This document shows positions 55,205 through 63,901 of a DNA stretch of 64,000 nt, piece by piece. The position numbers and the translations under genes were made by a program. The stretch is taken from assembly GCA_964650645.1 (NCBI GenBank), contig CAZYUH010000001.1, positions 411,032-475,031 of the forward strand. The letters are read 5' to 3'. The stretch comes from an uncultured Candidatus Saccharibacteria bacterium (GTDB lineage Bacteria > Patescibacteriota > Minisyncoccia > Phycocordibacterales > SBAW01). A model generated the notes under the pieces. That model searched no databases. It saw nothing but the letters and a program-made list of their open reading frames with translations, and had not been told where the DNA came from. Position 1 is the first letter of the stretch. Every line of letters starts with the position of its first letter.

Positions 55205-56623
55205 ATGAAGCGCTTTTTAAGGAAGGTCAGGAAAGTGAAATTGAGCCGGGTCCAGGAAATCGCTCTTTTGTGCGGCGCAATGGCCCTGCTTATCATGGCG
55301 GCGGTATTCGTAAGCGGCGGCGGCATGGAGCGCGTCGCGCGCGCGGTCGCGACGGGCGGCATTTCGCCCTGGTCGCAGACGGCGAGCATCTTCCCGTGCT
55401 CCTGGACCGGCAACTGCAGCCCGACCTCTGCCAGCAATGTGTACGGTTTTTCCGCGAGCCCGACTTCGGTTGCAGCAGGCCAAGCCGTTACCTTGGCGTG
55501 GACTTCTGCGAGGGAAGTCGGGGGGAGCTTCATCCCCGCATGCCAGGGCCCTTATGCGACCGGCAAGACGTACAATATGCACTGCTACATTTACCCGGGC
55601 GGCGCTGAGGTATACACCGGAGACATTTCCGGCGGCGTGACGGTGTATCCTGCGGCGGGCACTAACACGTATACCTTCTGCTCCCAATTCATGCAGGATC
55701 AGGGATACCCCTGCCTCAATGCGACCGTTGTTGCTGCCGCGCCGCCGCCCGTCATTCCGACGACCCTCGCCTTCGCAGCGGTCCCGACTTCGGTCCAGAG
55801 CGGAAGCCCGGCCTCGCTCTCGTGGACGGGCGTTAAGGGCACGAGGTTCTCCGCCTGCCGGCTGGTCGGCGGGCAGTGGGGCGCGAGCGGCGCGTGGTTT
55901 ACCGCGCATCCGGGGAGCATCAGCACCTCGCCGCTCACCACTACGACCACCTACAATATGGCCTGCTACGACACTGACGGAGCTTCCACTCCGTGGAGGA
56001 GCGCGACCGTGACCGTCACCGCTCCCGCAGGTCCTGACATCTGCACCGACGTCCCTGGCGTGCAGAACAGCGTGCCCCCCGGGTGCGCGGGCCCGGTGCC
56101 GAGCCCTGTGGGCACCTGCGTTCCGAGCGGCTCGACCTACGACGGCAGCGCGTGCGTGCCCTTGCCCGTGTGCACGGGCGCGCACCAGGTAGGTACGCCG
56201 CCCAACTGCGCGTGCGACGTCGGCTACCAGATGCAGGGCGGCTCCTGCGTGCAGATGCAGTGCCCGGGCGCGCACGAGGTCAATTGGCCCGCATGCTCGT
56301 GCGAAGCGGGATATGTGCGCGACGCGGGCACGAATGCCTGCGTCCGCGAGCCCAAGCTGGATATCACCGTTAACGGGCAGGAGGCCGTACGCGTGCGCCG
56401 CGGCAGCGATGTAACCGTCGCCTGGAGCGCCACGGGCGTGACCGCCGGCTCCTGCCGCGTTACCACTAATACCGGTGCCACTCTGGCATCCGCTGACTCG
56501 GGCTCCCAGGCAGCGACCGTAGACCACCAGACTACCTACACGCTTTCGTGCACTAACGATGCCGGGTCTGGGGTTTCAAAAGAAGCGAACGCCACCCTCA
56601 TTCCCGAGGTTATCGAGCAGTAG
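55205..56623 (+). CDS. secreted protein with shared C-terminal Cys/Ig-like module
   Basis: MKRFLRKVRKVKLSRVQEIALLCGAMALLIMAAVFVSG signal; DICTDVPGVQNSVPPGCAGPVPSPVGTCVPSGSTYDGSACV; ..RVRRGSDVTVAW..; C-terminal ..TLIPEVIEQ. Confidence 0.75.
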   Translation: MKRFLRKVRKVKLSRVQEIALLCGAMALLIMAAVFVSGGGMERVARAVATGGISPWSQTASIFPCSWTGNCSPTSASNVYGFSASPTSVAAGQAVTLAWTSAREVGGSFIPACQGPYATGKTYNMHCYIYPGGAEVYTGDISGGVTVYPAAGTNTYTFCSQFMQDQGYPCLNATVVAAAPPPVIPTTLAFAAVPTSVQSGSPASLSWTGVKGTRFSACRLVGGQWGASGAWFTAHPGSISTSPLTTTTTYNMACYDTDGASTPWRSATVTVTAPAGPDICTDVPGVQNSVPPGCAGPVPSPVGTCVPSGSTYDGSACVPLPVCTGAHQVGTPPNCACDVGYQMQGGSCVQMQCPGAHEVNWPACSCEAGYVRDAGTNACVREPKLDITVNGQEAVRVRRGSDVTVAWSATGVTAGSCRVTTNTGATLASADSGSQAATVDHQTTYTLSCTNDAGSGVSKEANATLIPEVIEQ

Positions 56624-56805
56624 GGGAGCGCAACGGCAAAGATTGAAGGAGGGGCCGGCGCCAGCCGGCCCCCTTCGGTTGCGGATACGGGACAAATCGG
56701 CTATACGAGCCTCGACGCCCATATACCCGTCGCTCGCTCGGAAACAAGCCCCTGGGGCTTGTTTCTCCCGCTTCGCTAGGGTATAGTGGGCGCACACTTA
56801 TATAT

Positions 56806-57450
56806 ATGGAACTTACCGTAGAAAAGCGCGGCCAGGAGGCGAAGCCGAAGGCGCTCCGCGACAAGGGCGTCATGCCGGCCGTCGTGTACGGCCGCTCGGA
56901 GGAGCCGGCCTCTGTCGCCGTGGACCTCAAGGCCTTTTCCAAGCTCTACAGGCAGGCGGGCGAGTCCTCGGTCATCACCCTCAAGGGCCTCGGCGCCGAC
57001 AAGCAGGTGCTTATTCACGACGTGGCATTCGACGCCGTGTCCGGCGCGCCCATCCATGCCGACTTTTACGCCATCCAGAAGGGCCAGAAGGTGACCGTAT
57101 CCGTTCCCTTCGAGTTCGAGGGCGTCTCGCCGGCCGTGAAGGACCTCGGCGGCATCCTCACTAAGGTTATGCACGAGCTCGAGATTACCTGCGAGCCTGC
57201 CGACCTCCCGCACGCCATAAAGGTGGACATCTCCAAGCTCGCTACGCTCGATGACCAGATAAAGGTGGGCGACCTGGCGCTTCCCAAGGGTGCCGAGGTG
57301 TCCGTAGACGCCGACGAGGTCGTGGCCATGGTATCGGTAGCGCAGGAGGAGACCGAAGAGGCCGCTCCCATGGACATCTCCCAGATAGGCGCCTCGGTAG
57401 AGCGCGGCAAGAAGGAGGAAGACGCCGCCGAAGGCGACTCGAAAGAGTAA
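56806..57450 (+). CDS. rplY: 50S ribosomal protein L25 / general stress protein Ctc
   Basis: MELTVEKRGQEAKPKALRDKGVMPAVVYGRSEEPASVAVD..; acidic C-terminal tail. Confidence 0.9.
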   Translation: MELTVEKRGQEAKPKALRDKGVMPAVVYGRSEEPASVAVDLKAFSKLYRQAGESSVITLKGLGADKQVLIHDVAFDAVSGAPIHADFYAIQKGQKVTVSVPFEFEGVSPAVKDLGGILTKVMHELEITCEPADLPHAIKVDISKLATLDDQIKVGDLALPKGAEVSVDADEVVAMVSVAQEETEEAAPMDISQIGASVERGKKEEDAAEGDSKE

Positions 57451-57465
57451 TTCTGAACGCATCAC

Positions 57466-57495
57466 GAACGGCCCCGGTAACTCCCGGGGCCGTTC
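57466..57495 (+). terminator. intrinsic terminator-like hairpin after rplY
   Basis: gaacggccccgg-taactc-ccggggccgttc (12-bp perfect stem), then GGTATACT -10-like box for the next gene. Confidence 0.5.
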
Positions 57496-57520
57496 TGCGT
57501 CTGGTATACTGACAAGAACC

Positions 57521-58891
57521 ATGACGATAGGGCGGTATATTGCTGTTGCGCTGATGGGGACGCTGCTCGGGGCCGGGGCGCTCTTTGCCGCGGCGCCGCA
57601 GTCGCGCGTGGCGGCCCAGGAAATGAGCCCCGAGCAGCGCGCTCAGCTCCAGGCCCAGTACGACCAGCTGCAAAAGGAGATCGAGCAGTACCAGAAGATA
57701 ATCGATGAGACAAAGGCGAAAGCGAACACTATACAGGGCGACGTCACCATACTCGATGCCCAGATAAGGAAGGCGCAGGCCGAGATAAACCAGCGCACGT
57801 CGGCCATAAGCTCGCTCTCCGCGACCATCAACCAGAAATCGAAGGCCATCGCCACGCTCGAGACCAGGCTTGAGGACGGCCGGGCCTCCATGGCAAAGCT
57901 CCTGCGCGAGAAGAGCTTCAGCGACAACACCTCGCTCGTCGTACTGGCGCTCTCGGGCGGGACGCTCACCGAGTTCTTCCAGAACGCCGACCATATCGAC
58001 TCGATAGACGAGAAGCTCCAGGAGAAGTTCGACGAGCTGCGCGGGGTAAAGACCCTGACCGAGGCGCAGAAGGAGGAGCTGGCGCTCCAGCAGAGCAGGC
58101 AGCTCGACGCGAAGAAGGATGTCGAGGCGAAGAAGACGGTCATCGACCAATCGAAGACCGAAAAGAAGAACCTGCTTGCCGCCACCAAGAGCGACGAGGC
58201 CGCGTACAACCAGGTGCTCGCCGACCGCCAGGCCAAGGCGGCGGCCATCAGGGCGGCGCTGTTCCCGCTGCGCGATGCCGCGGCCATCAATTTCGGCGAA
58301 GCGCTGAAGTACGCGCAGGCGGCGGAAAAGGCGACCGGCGTCTCCGCCGCGCTCTCGATGGCGATACTCACCCAGGAGTCCAACCTGGGCCAGAACGTCG
58401 GCCAGTGCTACATGACCAACGACGCCACCGGCGACGGCAAGGGCAAGAACACGGGCACGCCGTTCAAGGGCGTCATGCATCCGACCCGCGACGTGCCGCC
58501 GTTCCTCGCGCTCTCGGCCAAGCTCGGCTTCGACCCGCATACGCAGGTGGTATCGTGCCCTATCGCCTCCGTCGGCGGATGGGGCGGCGCCATGGGCCCG
58601 GCGCAGTTCATCCCCTCGACGTGGGCCATATACGCCGCGCGCATCGCGTCCGCGCGCGGCAAGGCGGTCGCCAACCCGTGGGACCCGCAGGACGCCATCA
58701 TGGCCATGTCGTTCCTCTTGTCCGACAACGGCGCTTCCGCAGGCGGCTACACGGCCAACTTCAATGCCGCGGCCCGCTACTACGCCGGCTGGAACGGCCC
58801 CAACACCACGGCGGGGAAGAATTACGCCGCGCAGGTCATGTCCAAGGTTGCGGGCATCCAGAAGAACATAGACTACCTGGCCGGCATCTAA
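57521..58891 (+). CDS. secreted coiled-coil protein with C-terminal MltB-like lytic transglycosylase (SLT_2-type) domain
   Basis: Signal ..LFAAAPQSRVAAQE; ~200 aa heptad-rich region; ..MAILTQESNLGQN..GAMGPAQFIPSTW (E-S catalytic motif and G-x-x-Q-F-x-P-S-T-W). Confidence 0.65.
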   Translation: MTIGRYIAVALMGTLLGAGALFAAAPQSRVAAQEMSPEQRAQLQAQYDQLQKEIEQYQKIIDETKAKANTIQGDVTILDAQIRKAQAEINQRTSAISSLSATINQKSKAIATLETRLEDGRASMAKLLREKSFSDNTSLVVLALSGGTLTEFFQNADHIDSIDEKLQEKFDELRGVKTLTEAQKEELALQQSRQLDAKKDVEAKKTVIDQSKTEKKNLLAATKSDEAAYNQVLADRQAKAAAIRAALFPLRDAAAINFGEALKYAQAAEKATGVSAALSMAILTQESNLGQNVGQCYMTNDATGDGKGKNTGTPFKGVMHPTRDVPPFLALSAKLGFDPHTQVVSCPIASVGGWGGAMGPAQFIPSTWAIYAARIASARGKAVANPWDPQDAIMAMSFLLSDNGASAGGYTANFNAAARYYAGWNGPNTTAGKNYAAQVMSKVAGIQKNIDYLAGI

Positions 58892-58947
58892 GCGCTCCGG
58901 CACGCAGTCGGCCCTGCCGGCTTTTTTGATGATAAAATGAAGGGCAA

Positions 58948-59778
58948 ATGAAAAAGATGCGCGGCTTCACGCTCATTGAGCTCCTGGTGGTTATAGCCAT
59001 TATCGGCATACTGGCCTCCATCGTAATCGTGTCGCTTGTCAGCGCGCGGCAGAAGGCGCGCGTTTCGGCGGGCAAAGCGCAGGATGCGAGCATGCGCAGT
59101 GGAATGAGCGACAGGCTTTCCGGAGAGTGGGCCTTCAACGAATGCGCGGGCACGACAGGCGCCGATACCTCCGAGTCGGGCAACACCGCCACGCTCGGCA
59201 GCCCTGTCTGGTCGACCGATACGCCGTACGGCACCGGATGCTCGATAGAGTTCGGCCCGTCTACCTACATGTACACGGCCGCTCTTATCGACAATCCGCA
59301 GGTATTCACCATAAGCATCTGGTTCAAGACCTCTGTCGCATCGGGCGCGCGGCTTATGGGCTTCGCGTCGCTTGGCGCCTGGAGCTATGACCGCCAGCTT
59401 CATATGGGTACGAACGGATTGGTGTACTTCGGATGGTATGACAGCGGCAACGTCAGGTACGTGGCCTCAAGGGGCGCCCTCAACGATGGCCAGTGGCACC
59501 TGGCCGTCGCCACGTTCAGTAACGGTACCGGATCGCTCTACATAGACGGAGCTCTGCAGGGAACGCTTTCGGCAGGATTGGCTGAGAACTATAGCGGGTA
59601 CTGGCGGGTCGGCTACGGGCCGATGTCCGGGTGGCCTGGGGGAGCCGACGGCTCCTTCCTGGGCCTCTTGGACGACGCGCGCCTGTATACAAGCGCCATT
59701 TCTGCCGCTGAAGCACAAAAGCTGTACGCCGCAGGGCCGGGCGCCGAGGCGCCCCTGGGCCCGGTCGCCGCGCGCTGA
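58948..59778 (+). CDS. type IV pilin-like protein with C-terminal LamG/concanavalin-A-like lectin domain
   Basis: [38 protein letters not shown]; ..[33 protein letters not shown].. typical LamG strands. Confidence 0.8.
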   Translation: MKKMRGFTLIELLVVIAIIGILASIVIVSLVSARQKARVSAGKAQDASMRSGMSDRLSGEWAFNECAGTTGADTSESGNTATLGSPVWSTDTPYGTGCSIEFGPSTYMYTAALIDNPQVFTISIWFKTSVASGARLMGFASLGAWSYDRQLHMGTNGLVYFGWYDSGNVRYVASRGALNDGQWHLAVATFSNGTGSLYIDGALQGTLSAGLAENYSGYWRVGYGPMSGWPGGADGSFLGLLDDARLYTSAISAAEAQKLYAAGPGAEAPLGPVAAR

Positions 59779-59818
59779 CGCCCTTGCTCCGGCATCGTTT
59801 CGATGCTATATTCAGGGC

Positions 59819-60037
59819 ATGAAAACGGAGACCCACCCGACATACTTCCCCCAGGCCCAGGCCGTCTGCGCGTGCGGGCGCTCCTTTACCGTAGGCTCCA
59901 CCCGCGAGAAGCTCGAGGTGGAAATCTGCTCCGAGTGCCATCCGTTCTACACCGGCAACGAGAAGATCCTCGACACCGCCGGCCGCGTAGAGAAGTTCAA
60001 GGCCCGCCGTACCGCCGCCGCCAAGAAGTCCAAGTAA
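59819..60037 (+). CDS. rpmE: 50S ribosomal protein L31
   Basis: [60 protein letters not shown]. Confidence 0.9.
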   Translation: MKTETHPTYFPQAQAVCACGRSFTVGSTREKLEVEICSECHPFYTGNEKILDTAGRVEKFKARRTAAAKKSK

Positions 60038-60086
60038 CTCCCGAGAGGGCCCTCTGGTATCATTGCTGGAGGGCTTTTTCATTTGC

Positions 60087-61061
60087 ATGAGCGACCTATC
60101 CCACTACAAGGAAAATCCGAAAACCGCGTACCTGTACGCGGAGCTTGAGCGCCTGCAGAAAGAGGAGGCGGACACCCGCGCGCTCGAGGGCGAGCTGGGC
60201 GACCTTGCCGCCGAGGACCTCAAGCGCATCGGGGAGCAGAAGGCCGCGACGCTTGCCGAAATGGAGCGCATCGTGGCGCTCGAGAAGAAGGAAGAGGAGT
60301 TCCCGAACGAGGCCGTGCTTGAAGTGCGCGCGGGCGTGGGCGGGGAAGAGGCGGCGCTTTTTGCCGAGCAATTGGCGCGCATGTACCAGGGCTACGCCGA
60401 AGAGGCGGGCTGGTCCGTCAAGACCTTGAGCGAAGCGAAGACCGACCTCGGGGGCTACAAGGAAGCGGTCTTCGAGATACGGGGCCTCGGCGTGTACGAG
60501 CGCCTGCGCTTCGAGACGGGCGTGCACCGCGTCCAGCGCATCCCGGCTACCGAGAAGCAGGGGCGCATCCACACCTCCACCGCGTCGGTGGCCGTCCTGC
60601 CCATACGCAAGAAGCACAAAGTGGTCATCAACCCGGCCGACATCGAGTACGAGTTCTCGCGCGCGGGCGGCGCCGGCGGCCAGAACGTCAACAAGGTCGA
60701 GACTGCCGTGCGCATCATCCACAAGCCCACCGGCATAGACGCGCGCAGCCAGGCCGAGCGCTCGCAGAACGCGAACAAGGAGCGCGCCATGGCCGTGCTC
60801 ATGGCCAAGCTCGAGCAGGCGCAGGAGGAAAAGGAGCGCGCCAGCTACGCGGCGACCCGCGCCGAGCAGATAGGCACCGCTGACCGTTCCGAGAAAATCC
60901 GCACCTACAACGAGCCGCAGGACCGCATCACCGACCACCGCATCCGCACATCCTGGTCCAACATCCCCAAGGTCATGGGCGGCGACATCGGCCGCATGCT
61001 CGACGAGCTGCAGGAGGCGCAGGGACGCATGGCCGGGGGAGGGGACGCCTCCGAGGACTGA
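60087..61061 (+). CDS. prfA: peptide chain release factor 1
   Basis: GGQ motif [14 protein letters not shown]; PAT tripeptide ([14 protein letters not shown]) indicates RF1 not RF2; ATG at 60087 preferred over the TTG at 60063. Confidence 0.88.
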   Translation: MSDLSHYKENPKTAYLYAELERLQKEEADTRALEGELGDLAAEDLKRIGEQKAATLAEMERIVALEKKEEEFPNEAVLEVRAGVGGEEAALFAEQLARMYQGYAEEAGWSVKTLSEAKTDLGGYKEAVFEIRGLGVYERLRFETGVHRVQRIPATEKQGRIHTSTASVAVLPIRKKHKVVINPADIEYEFSRAGGAGGQNVNKVETAVRIIHKPTGIDARSQAERSQNANKERAMAVLMAKLEQAQEEKERASYAATRAEQIGTADRSEKIRTYNEPQDRITDHRIRTSWSNIPKVMGGDIGRMLDELQEAQGRMAGGGDASED

Positions 61062-61062
61062 T

Positions 61063-62049
61063 ATGCGCCGCGTATACATAGCCAGGGGGGCCGTTGCCGT
61101 TTTGGCGCTCGCAGTCCTCGTATTCTGGCAGAGCGCGCGGGCGCCGTTCGCTTCCATTCTCCAGCCCGCGCCGGCACCCGAGGCGGACCCGAGCATCCTT
61201 TTCATGGGCGACATCATGCTCGACCGCAGCGTGGCGCGCCATGCGGCCGCTTCTTCGGCCGGCGCGCTGTTTGCGGGGGTCCTGCCGCTCATGGGCACCG
61301 CCGACGCCCGCGTCGCAAATATCGAGGGCGCCATTACCACCAACCCGTCCATTGCCCAGGTGGACCACACCATCCTTCATTTCACCTTCGACCCGGCGCT
61401 GGCGCAGGCCGCGCTCGCGCCGCTCCGCCTTGACGCCGCGAGCCTCGCCAACAACCATGCGTACGACTTCGGGCGCGACGGCTACGACGCGACGCGCGGC
61501 TACCTGGAAGCGTGGGGCATCAGGCCTTTCGGACATCCGTACAACGCGCGCGGGCTCTCGGCCGCGCTGGACGTGCGCGGCAAGCGCTTCTGCTTGGTGG
61601 GCTACCACAGCCTCTACGACCCTTCGACTGCCGAGGCGGCGGGGGAGATAGCTCGCCTGCGGCCAGAGTGCTACAAAATAATCGCGTTCGCGCACTGGGG
61701 CGAGGAGTACGTGCCGGTCGCCAATGCCGCCCAGGCCGCCCAGGCGCACGCGCTTATAGACGCCGGGGCCGACCTCGTCATCGGCGCGCACCCGCATGTC
61801 GTGCAAAACGTGGAAGAGTACAAGGGCCGCGCCATATTCTACTCATTGGGCAACTTCATGTTCGACCAGAATTTCTCGTGGGCCACCACCCACGGCCTGG
61901 CGGTCAAGGCGACCTTCGGGCCAACCTCGACCGCGTTCGTTTTGACCCCGATAACCATAAAAGGTCAAGAGGCGACGCTGGCAGGCGGGGACGACGCCCG
62001 CCGGGTCCTCGAAGCGGCCGGCCGCCTTGCAGAGTTCTCCTTGCCGTGA
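61063..62049 (+). CDS. capA: CapA/PgsA-family metallophosphoesterase (poly-gamma-glutamate capsule synthesis-like)
   Basis: ILFMGDIMLDR..; LANNHAYDFGRDG; IGAHPHVVQ; YSLGNFMFDQ. Confidence 0.8.
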   Translation: MRRVYIARGAVAVLALAVLVFWQSARAPFASILQPAPAPEADPSILFMGDIMLDRSVARHAAASSAGALFAGVLPLMGTADARVANIEGAITTNPSIAQVDHTILHFTFDPALAQAALAPLRLDAASLANNHAYDFGRDGYDATRGYLEAWGIRPFGHPYNARGLSAALDVRGKRFCLVGYHSLYDPSTAEAAGEIARLRPECYKIIAFAHWGEEYVPVANAAQAAQAHALIDAGADLVIGAHPHVVQNVEEYKGRAIFYSLGNFMFDQNFSWATTHGLAVKATFGPTSTAFVLTPITIKGQEATLAGGDDARRVLEAAGRLAEFSLP

Positions 62050-62132
62050 TATTCTTGCCTGGTATTTAAGGCCACGGGCCGTTTTTATGTGCCCTGTCAG
62101 GGCGCATTAGATACATCAGAATCAAGACCTAC

Positions 62133-62870
62133 ATGGCAGACAAAAACCCCGTCATAGACAAGCTTTTCTCCGTCGGAGCGCACTTCGGCTACTCGCCCTC
62201 GCGCCGCCACCCGAGCGTTTCCAAATACATCTTCGGCGCAAAGGGCGGCGTCGAGCTGTTCGATCTCGAGCAGGTCGCCTCGCTCCTTTCCGAGGCCGTT
62301 GAGTTCGTCTCCAAGCTCGGAAGCGAGCGCAAGACCCTGCTGTTTGTGGGCGGCAAGGCCGAGGCCCGCGAGGCGCTCAAGCGCGCCGCGGAGCGCGTGG
62401 GCCAGCCGTACTCGGCCGGCCGCTGGATAGGCGGCAGCCTCACCAACTTCGGCGAGATAAAGCGCCGCCTCAACCGCCTCGACGAGCTTACCGACATGCG
62501 CGAGAAGGGCGAGCTCGCCAAGTTCACCAAGAAGGAGCGCCTTCTGAAGGATCGCGAGATAGCCGACCTCGAGAGCATGTTCGGCGGCCTCAAGGGCATG
62601 AGCAAGAACCCCGACGCGCTCTTCGTCGTCGACCCTAAGGCCGAGGCCGGGGCCGTCGCCGAGGCGCGCCAGCTCGGCATCCCGGTCATCGCCCTCATGA
62701 ACTCCGACTGCGACCGCAGCAAGGTGACCTACCCGATACCGGCCAATGACGCCGCGCGCGATGTAATACAATACGTGGTGGGCGAGGTTGCCGACGCCTA
62801 CGAGAAGGCGCTCGCGACGGCCGCTCCCGCAGCCGCTGTCCCCGCAGCGCCCGCCGCTTCTACCAACTAA
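62133..62870 (+). CDS. rpsB: 30S ribosomal protein S2
   Basis: LFSVGAHFGYSPSRRHPSVSKYIFG..; VVDPKAEAGAVAEARQLGIPVIALMNSDCD. Confidence 0.95.
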   Translation: MADKNPVIDKLFSVGAHFGYSPSRRHPSVSKYIFGAKGGVELFDLEQVASLLSEAVEFVSKLGSERKTLLFVGGKAEAREALKRAAERVGQPYSAGRWIGGSLTNFGEIKRRLNRLDELTDMREKGELAKFTKKERLLKDREIADLESMFGGLKGMSKNPDALFVVDPKAEAGAVAEARQLGIPVIALMNSDCDRSKVTYPIPANDAARDVIQYVVGEVADAYEKALATAAPAAAVPAAPAASTN

Positions 62871-62883
62871 GCTGTTTTCACAT

Positions 62884-63342
62884 ATGTCCACCATCACCCC
62901 CGAGCAGGTCAAGGAACTGCGCGAGAAGACCGGCGTTTCCGTCATGGAGTGCAAGAAGGCGCTTGAGCAGTCAGGGGGCGATATGGATGCGGCGCTCAAG
63001 GTTCTCAGTGAGCGCGCGGCCGCGACGGCAGGAAAGAAGGCCGACCGCGAGCTCGGGGCCGGCACCATAGCCGCCTATATCCACGCCAACAAGCAGGTGG
63101 GCGCCATGGTGTCCCTTGCCTGCGAGACCGATTTCGTATCGAAGAACGAGGAGTTCGCGGCGCTCGCGTACGACATCGCCATGCACGTCTCGGCGATGCG
63201 CCCGGCCTCCAAGGAGGAGCTCCTGGCCCAGCCCTACATCAAGGACGGCGAGAAGACCATCGCCGACCTCGTCTCCCAGGCGACCCAGAAGTTCGGCGAG
63301 CGCACCGAAGTGGCCGACTTCAGTTGTTTTGCGGTCGCGTAA
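62884..63342 (+). CDS. tsf: elongation factor Ts (short, 152-aa form)
   Basis: MSTITPEQVKELREKTGVSVMECKKALEQSGGDMDAALKVL (UBA-like N-terminus) ..ACETDFVSKNEEF. Confidence 0.85.
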   Translation: MSTITPEQVKELREKTGVSVMECKKALEQSGGDMDAALKVLSERAAATAGKKADRELGAGTIAAYIHANKQVGAMVSLACETDFVSKNEEFAALAYDIAMHVSAMRPASKEELLAQPYIKDGEKTIADLVSQATQKFGERTEVADFSCFAVA

Positions 63343-63358
63343 GGGGTACACTTAGCGG

Positions 63359-63769
63359 GTGGCCATCTTCCTTACGGTAACGCTCGCTATCTCGATAGCG
63401 GGAATGATTTCCCTCATCGCGCTCAAGCGCTACGAGCTTTCCTCGGGCCGCGTCCTTCTGGGCTCGGCCCGCCCGGCAGTGGGCAACTTCTTCCACCGCG
63501 GGCTCTCCTGGATTGAGTACGTCCTGCCGGGCCTCGTGCGGGTCGGTATTCGCTCGTTCTATACCGCTTCGCGCAACGTCGCGCGCGCATGGTCCTCGCG
63601 CCTCGCGGCGCGCGCTGAGAGCGGCCTTGAGCGCGCGCTCAGCCGCGTGCGCCGCAGCGCGGCCGCCCCGCGCAAGGGCCAGAGCTCGGCATTTTTGCGG
63701 CAGGTCGCCGAGCACAAGAAAAGCCTCCAGGAGAGCGCCTCCGGCCGCGCCACCCGCGCGGAGGAGTAG
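63359..63769 (+). CDS. hypothetical protein with N-terminal TM helix (GTG start)
   Basis: MAIFLTVTLAISIAGMISLIAL then Arg/Ala-rich; positional and strand context only. Confidence 0.35.
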   Translation: MAIFLTVTLAISIAGMISLIALKRYELSSGRVLLGSARPAVGNFFHRGLSWIEYVLPGLVRVGIRSFYTASRNVARAWSSRLAARAESGLERALSRVRRSAAAPRKGQSSAFLRQVAEHKKSLQESASGRATRAEE

Positions 63770-63774
63770 AAGAC

Positions 63775-63850
63775 GCCGCCTTAGCTCAGTTGGTAGAGCA
63801 ACTCTTTTGTAAAGAGAAGGTCCCCAGTTCAAGCCTGGGAGGCGGCTCCA
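63775..63850 (+). tRNA. tRNA-Thr (anticodon UGU)
   Basis: 76-nt cloverleaf: acceptor gccgcct/aggcggc, D-arm gctc..gagc, anticodon loop tTTGTaa, T-arm cccag-ttcaagc-ctggg, encoded CCA. Confidence 0.8.
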
Positions 63851-63853
63851 TAT

Positions 63854-63884
63854 AAAAAAACCGCCGGATGCATTCCGGCGGCTT
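63854..63884 (-). terminator. intrinsic terminator for the convergent minus-strand gene (possibly bidirectional)
   Basis: aaaaaaa-ccgccgga-tgcat-tccggcgg; T-run on minus strand. Confidence 0.6.
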
Positions 63885-63901
63885 GAAGTCGAACAGTCCG
63901 T

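Noticed and set aside
60063-60086. TTG start for prfA (MLEGFFIC..) and TTG start at 43135 for the SleB-like gene
   Set aside because: Downstream ATGs (60087; 43156) give conventional N-termini and better promoter/RBS spacing. Still uncertain without TSS data.
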